Made by a program: the position numbers and the translations under genes. DNA of 63,244 bases, filler included, from Vannella sp. (taxonomy: Eukaryota), in NCBI GenBank assembly GCA_023345925.1. It is 7 parts of 7 records of this genome, joined end to end, with 100 filler letters (N's around TTAATTAATTAA, not from the genome) between each part and the next. Parts side by side here need not be neighbours in the genome. Positions count along the whole stretch, not along the records: positions 56,319 to 63,244 come from JAJQQN010000273.1; 6 more parts are not named here. One strand, 5' to 3'. The notes under the pieces were generated by a model. That model was not told the origin of the DNA and made no database searches. It saw nothing but the letters and a program-made list of their open reading frames with translations. This document shows, piece after piece, positions 60,417 through 63,244 of this stretch. Every line of letters starts with the position of its first letter. The first letter of the stretch is position 1.

Positions 60417-61249
60417 ATGGGGAACGCCGCTTCTGGACCGGAGGCGCCGGTTTGGTCCCCTCCTGAGTATCGTGACGAGTTTCTGTGGAAGATTGCGGTT
60501 GTAGGGGACATGGGTGCGGGTAAGGTGAGTGTACACTCGATGAGGAGAGTGTTGGAGCTGATAGGGCCGCTCAGACATCGGTGTTGAAGCGTATGGAGCC
60601 TCTTCTTCGCTTGGCACGAGTGTTCTGATGAATTGCGCAGAGCTGGTGCATCGTACCTTCAGCATCAAGTACCTACCTACTGACAAAGTCGAGTTCTTCC
60701 TCAAGCAAACGGTGTGGGATCCTCACACCTTCCTCCGCGTCCAATTCTGGGTAAGTCCGCTCCTCTTTCCCTTCCAACACGGTTTCAGCTCACCGTGTCC
60801 TCTTCAGGACGTGTCAGGACACGAGCGATATGGGCAAAGCACTCGAATGTACTACCAAGACGTCCTCGGAGTGATTGTGGTGTTGGATGTGTCCAAGTCC
60901 TCCTCACTAAAGGAGGCAGTCATGTGGGCTTCGGACGTGCAGAGTAAAGTTACACTCGGAGACACAGTCAAAGTGCCCATGATCCTCCTGGCCAACAAGG
61001 GTGAGAGTGGACCGTCTATCTGACTTGCAAGTATTGACTTTGAAGATACTTTGACTTTGCTCAGCCGACCTTCTCAGTCCTGAGCAGAGAGAATCGATTC
61101 GGACTAAGATAGATGTTTTAGCCCGGCGGAATGGATTCTTTGGGTGGTGGCTGTCCTCTGCCAAAGACGACCACAATGTTGAAAGGCCCGTTTCGGCTTT
61201 GCTACAAAAGGTCTTCGAACTGAGTAGTCGTACTCCCCTGGTTCTGTAG
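60417..61249 (+). CDS. Rab32/38-like GTPase with an N-terminal myristoylation motif and no C-terminal cysteine
   Basis: GDMGAGKTS, WDVSGHERYGQSTRMYY, DVQSKVTL, LLANK, SSAKD; MGNAAS start. Confidence 0.78.
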
Positions 61250-61454
61250 GTTATACAGGGACTCTCGCCACTGTATCTGACACCTCTTGAAGAAAGAAAA
61301 AGATCGTTCCACCCGAACTGAATGACTTGGAGGGAATCCAGCCCAACTAGCCACTTCGGTGTCTTCCCAATTTCCAAGTCACCAACGCCATGTACATAAA
61401 CAGTCTTTTGGGCATCTCCCAAGTACCATCGTTGCAGGAAAGGAAGCAGAAAGT

Positions 61455-62208
61455 CTACATTCGGCGCTTCTCTCGCTTTTGAGTGGCTTTTTTGGTTTTG
61501 TCTTTTCTCTGTTTGTCCTTTTCCAGAGCGTCTTTGTCGCGCTTGGTTTTCTCCATGTGCTTTTGCTTCTCATTGGACCGTTGTTGAGCGTGTAGTTGAG
61601 TGACACGAGCGACATTCTCGTTGTTGGATTGGAAGTCGTCTTCTTCCTCCACTCCCACGTACACAAAGTCGCCGTTCTGGTCGAGCTGCATCTCTCCATC
61701 GTATCGAGCTGCGATTTCACGGAGCTTCTTCTTCTCCAAGCGCTCTTCCTTGGAGATGGGCTTCTCTGTTTGTTCCAGTCTACGGCTTTCTATCTCGGCG
61801 AGCGCTCTCTCTGCCTCTGCCGCTCTCTCCTTCTCCTCCTTCCTCTCTGAGATGTGCTTAGTTGCTTGCTCCTGCCTTGGAAAGCGATCGACCTACTCTG
61901 TTCAAGCTTTAGTCTCAGCTCCTCCCGTGGATCCACGGTATCTGATCTTCTGGAGAGAAGGAAAGAGCGAATCGATTGAATTGAGTCGGTTAGATCAACA
62001 TCCTCGCCCTGGGCACTCCATCAGCGAGGAAAGGACTGAGGCGGATTGACGCACGCACCAAAGAGGCCTCCAGAAACTCCTTGCAAGCCTCAACCACAGA
62101 GTCAGTAGACTCTCCTTCATCCTCGAGAAAGGAGCAAAGATACTCCAAAGTATCCTCATCTGTGACCCCCAAACCACTCAACAGCGACTCAGCAAAGGCA
62201 GCGCTCAT
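61455..62208 (-). CDS. CCDC43: CCDC43-like coiled-coil protein
   Basis: LSGLGV..EDTLEYLCSFLE N-terminus; NNENVARV...KATQKREKRRM C-terminus. Confidence 0.7.
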
Positions 62209-62383
62209 GAGCACTGAATAATGCATCGTCTTTGAATTTTTCTTGTTGTTTGACAGAAATGAGTAAAGAAGAAGAAGGAGAGTCACTTGTGAGTGACAGC
62301 AAGGGAAGGGAGGTTGACAAAAAGGAGGCGTTTATAGGCCCGGGGATAAGATAAGTATACATATAACGGTACAAGGAAGGTGT

Positions 62384-63184
62384 TCATGAGGAGAATCTCC
62401 TCAGCCAACTGTTTTGGAGGATCTGGGGGACGGTTGGCCGTGCTGAGGGGTCTGCCTCGAGCATCCAGCGGAGGAGAGCGACACCTTTCTTATCAAGAAG
62501 GATCTCTGCGTGAGTTAAGCTGACTGGACGAGGGAAGGAACAATCGTCTTTGCGAAGGGGAGAGAAGGGAAAGTAGCCTGTGAGCATCACATGAAGAAGA
62601 ACTCCCAAACTGAAAACATCTGCGGCTGTGACATCGAAGAAGTCGTCAACGAACCGTTCAGGGCTGCTGTACTCCTTTGTGCTGATGCTGTTGAGGAGTC
62701 CGTCGTATCGCTTGTCCGTACTCCACTGGTGGGCACGACTGAAGTCGCAGAGACGCAGTACTCCTTCGTCGTCGATCAGAATGTTCTCAGGCTTGATATC
62801 GAGGTGGGCAATGCGACGTTGGTGGAGACGAGCGACGAGTTGACAAACTTCGGCAAAGATCTTCAAGGACTGGCGTACTGGAAGACATCCGTCCTCTGAT
62901 CCTTCTACAACGTCCAAGAGGTCCTTTGCGCCCAGCTGCATCACCAAGTAACCGTCTGTTGGAGTTGCGAAGATGTCGTGGGTGGGGACTGTGATTCCTC
63001 CTTTCGACAGGATACGGCTGAAGAAAGCTTCATTCTGGAAGATGTTCTTCCTGACTTTTGTGTCGAGGGGAAACCTTTTGATTGCCACCGCATCGCCGTT
63101 GGGAGAGAGTGCTGTTACAACCTGACCATCTGCACCAGCGCCGAGAATAGTAGAGTTGGAGAAGGAGTAGCCTTGGAGCTGCAT
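62384..63184 (-). CDS. Intronless Ser/Thr protein kinase (CAMK-group-like)
   Basis: LGAGADG, VAIK, HLDIKPEN, DFS in place of DFG, YSSPE, DVFSLG. Confidence 0.88.
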   Translation of the reverse strand: MQLQGYSFSNSTILGAGADGQVVTALSPNGDAVAIKRFPLDTKVRKNIFQNEAFFSRILSKGGITVPTHDIFATPTDGYLVMQLGAKDLLDVVEGSEDGCLPVRQSLKIFAEVCQLVARLHQRRIAHLDIKPENILIDDEGVLRLCDFSRAHQWSTDKRYDGLLNSISTKEYSSPERFVDDFFDVTAADVFSLGVLLHVMLTGYFPFSPLRKDDCSFPRPVSLTHAEILLDKKGVALLRWMLEADPSARPTVPQILQNSWLRRFSS

Positions 63185-63244
63185 ATGATATAATGAACCT
63201 ACTGTCGGCTGTTGCCGTTGTTACTCCCGAACTTCTTTCTCTTT

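Overview
Seven unrelated contigs of a very compact, intron-rich microbial eukaryote, joined by artificial N44-TTAATTAATTAA-N44 linkers. A Dictyostelium RacC-like GTPase and a Krs1/MST kinase suggest Amoebozoa (inference). Most of the ~40 genes are ordinary housekeeping or signalling genes with 40-80 nt GT-AG introns, and two long introns host box C/D snoRNAs. The main finding is in two stretches that look non-coding on the ORF track (28.5-29.8 kb, + strand; 36.2-37.9 kb, - strand). Each is a gene in which tandem arrays of single-codon (3-nt, phase 0) microexons, AG|NNN|GT, are separated by ~40-100 nt introns. The arrays sit where the variable beta-hairpin loops of ankyrin repeats would be. Both loci share a homologous 87-nt ankyrin exon but carry different partner domains: a truncated histone H2A-like fold in one and a degenerate Rab1-like GTPase in the other. 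Any subset of microexons keeps the frame, so this is a candidate splicing-based diversity generator for ankyrin binding loops. The architecture is read from the sequence; combinatorial splicing and function are untested inferences. All gene names come from recognition of motifs, not from database searches.
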